Positions 63,230-64,000 of a stretch of 64,000 nucleotides of DNA are shown here, piece by piece. The stretch comes from Rhina ancylostomus (taxonomy: Eukaryota). Every line of letters begins with the position of its first letter. Position 1 is the first letter of the stretch. Both the position numbers and the translations under genes were made by a program. Where the stretch lies: the NCBI GenBank assembly GCA_030265395.1, contig JARFYF010000052.1:109468149-109532148 (forward strand), written 5' to 3'. The notes below the pieces were generated by a model. It was not told the origin of the DNA. It worked only from the letters and a program-made list of their open reading frames with translations, and ran no database searches.

Positions 63230-64000
63230 AATAGGTGATTCATCTTGGGTTCCTCCATAGATTCCCATCATCACAGAAGCTAGTCTTCAGCAAATTTCAG
63301 TTACTCCACATAATATCAAGAAATTGCTGAGGGCTCAGGATACAACAATAGCTTAGGGTCCAGATGATATCCCAGCCTTAATATTAAAGACCTATGTTTC
63401 AGAACTAGCTGTGCCTCCAGCCAAGCTGCTCCAATGTAGGTACAACAGTGGCATCTAGTTAATGCCTGGGAAACTGCCAATCTATGTCCTACTCACGAAA
63501 AGGCAGAAAAAAAATACAATCTGCCCTATAGCCACCTAATCAGTCTAGTCTCAACAACGTGCAGAATAACAGTATGTGCTGTTGACAGTGCTATCAAGCA
63601 GCATTTACTCAACAATGATCTGCTCACCTACGCCTTACTTAGGTTTCGTCAGAATCACTCATCTCCAGACCTCATCATAGTCTTGATCCAAAGGCTGACT
63701 TTCAGAAGGACTGAAAGTTACTGACCTCGAAATTAGGCAATATTTGATTATGTTTGACAGGTATAACTGAAGGGCATTAAGGGGAAATCATTCCAATGGC
63801 TGGACTAATACCTTATGCAAAGAAGATGGTCTGTGCTTATTGGAGATCAATCATCCCAGGAGATCACTGCAGGAGCTCCTCTGCATAGTTTCCTAGGACA
63901 AAACATCTTCAAGCTGCTTCATCAATGACCTTCCTTCCATCATAAAGTCAGAAGTGGAACAATTTACTGATAATTATACAATGTTCAATCCTATTCCCAA
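63230..64000 (+). mobile_element. CR1-like LINE RT region, decayed, runs off the window
   Basis: Blocks GPDDIPA..LKT...ELA.P..KL.Q, WETA...P..K, GFRQNHSSPDLI and AGAP..S.LG...F..FINDLPS. Confidence 0.75.

Overview
Vertebrate nuclear DNA from a gappy draft assembly. The repeat content (HE1/V-SINE, HER1/CR1 LINEs, Rex1/Babar, Penelope-like and DeuSINE relics) points to an elasmobranch (shark or ray); the species cannot be fixed from the sequence. The whole window lies inside the 3' part of a BEACH-domain gene on the minus strand, best matched to LRBA rather than its paralog NBEA. Five coding exons are present, covering the end of the BEACH domain, the linker and the start of the WD40 region: 33080-32913, 9122-~9033 (3' end lost in a gap), 6642/6627-6450, 5842-5780 and 5179-5024. 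All visible splice sites are GT-AG and the visible phases join in frame. The rest is intron: transposon fragments alternating with repeat-poor, motif-dense blocks that may be conserved enhancers. No prokaryote-type system and no other intact protein-coding gene was found. The strongest leads are (i) a cluster of splicing-control signals at the BEACH-WD40 junction: a tandem acceptor adding or removing YLLLQ, a 157-nt AG-free zone with a distant branch point, and a weak donor whose read-through resembles the WD40-less mouse Lrba isoform tail; (ii) a near-perfect 115-bp inverted repeat just upstream of the BEACH exon; and (iii) several hammerhead-ribozyme-like relics. Homology statements come from recall of known sequences, not from a search.
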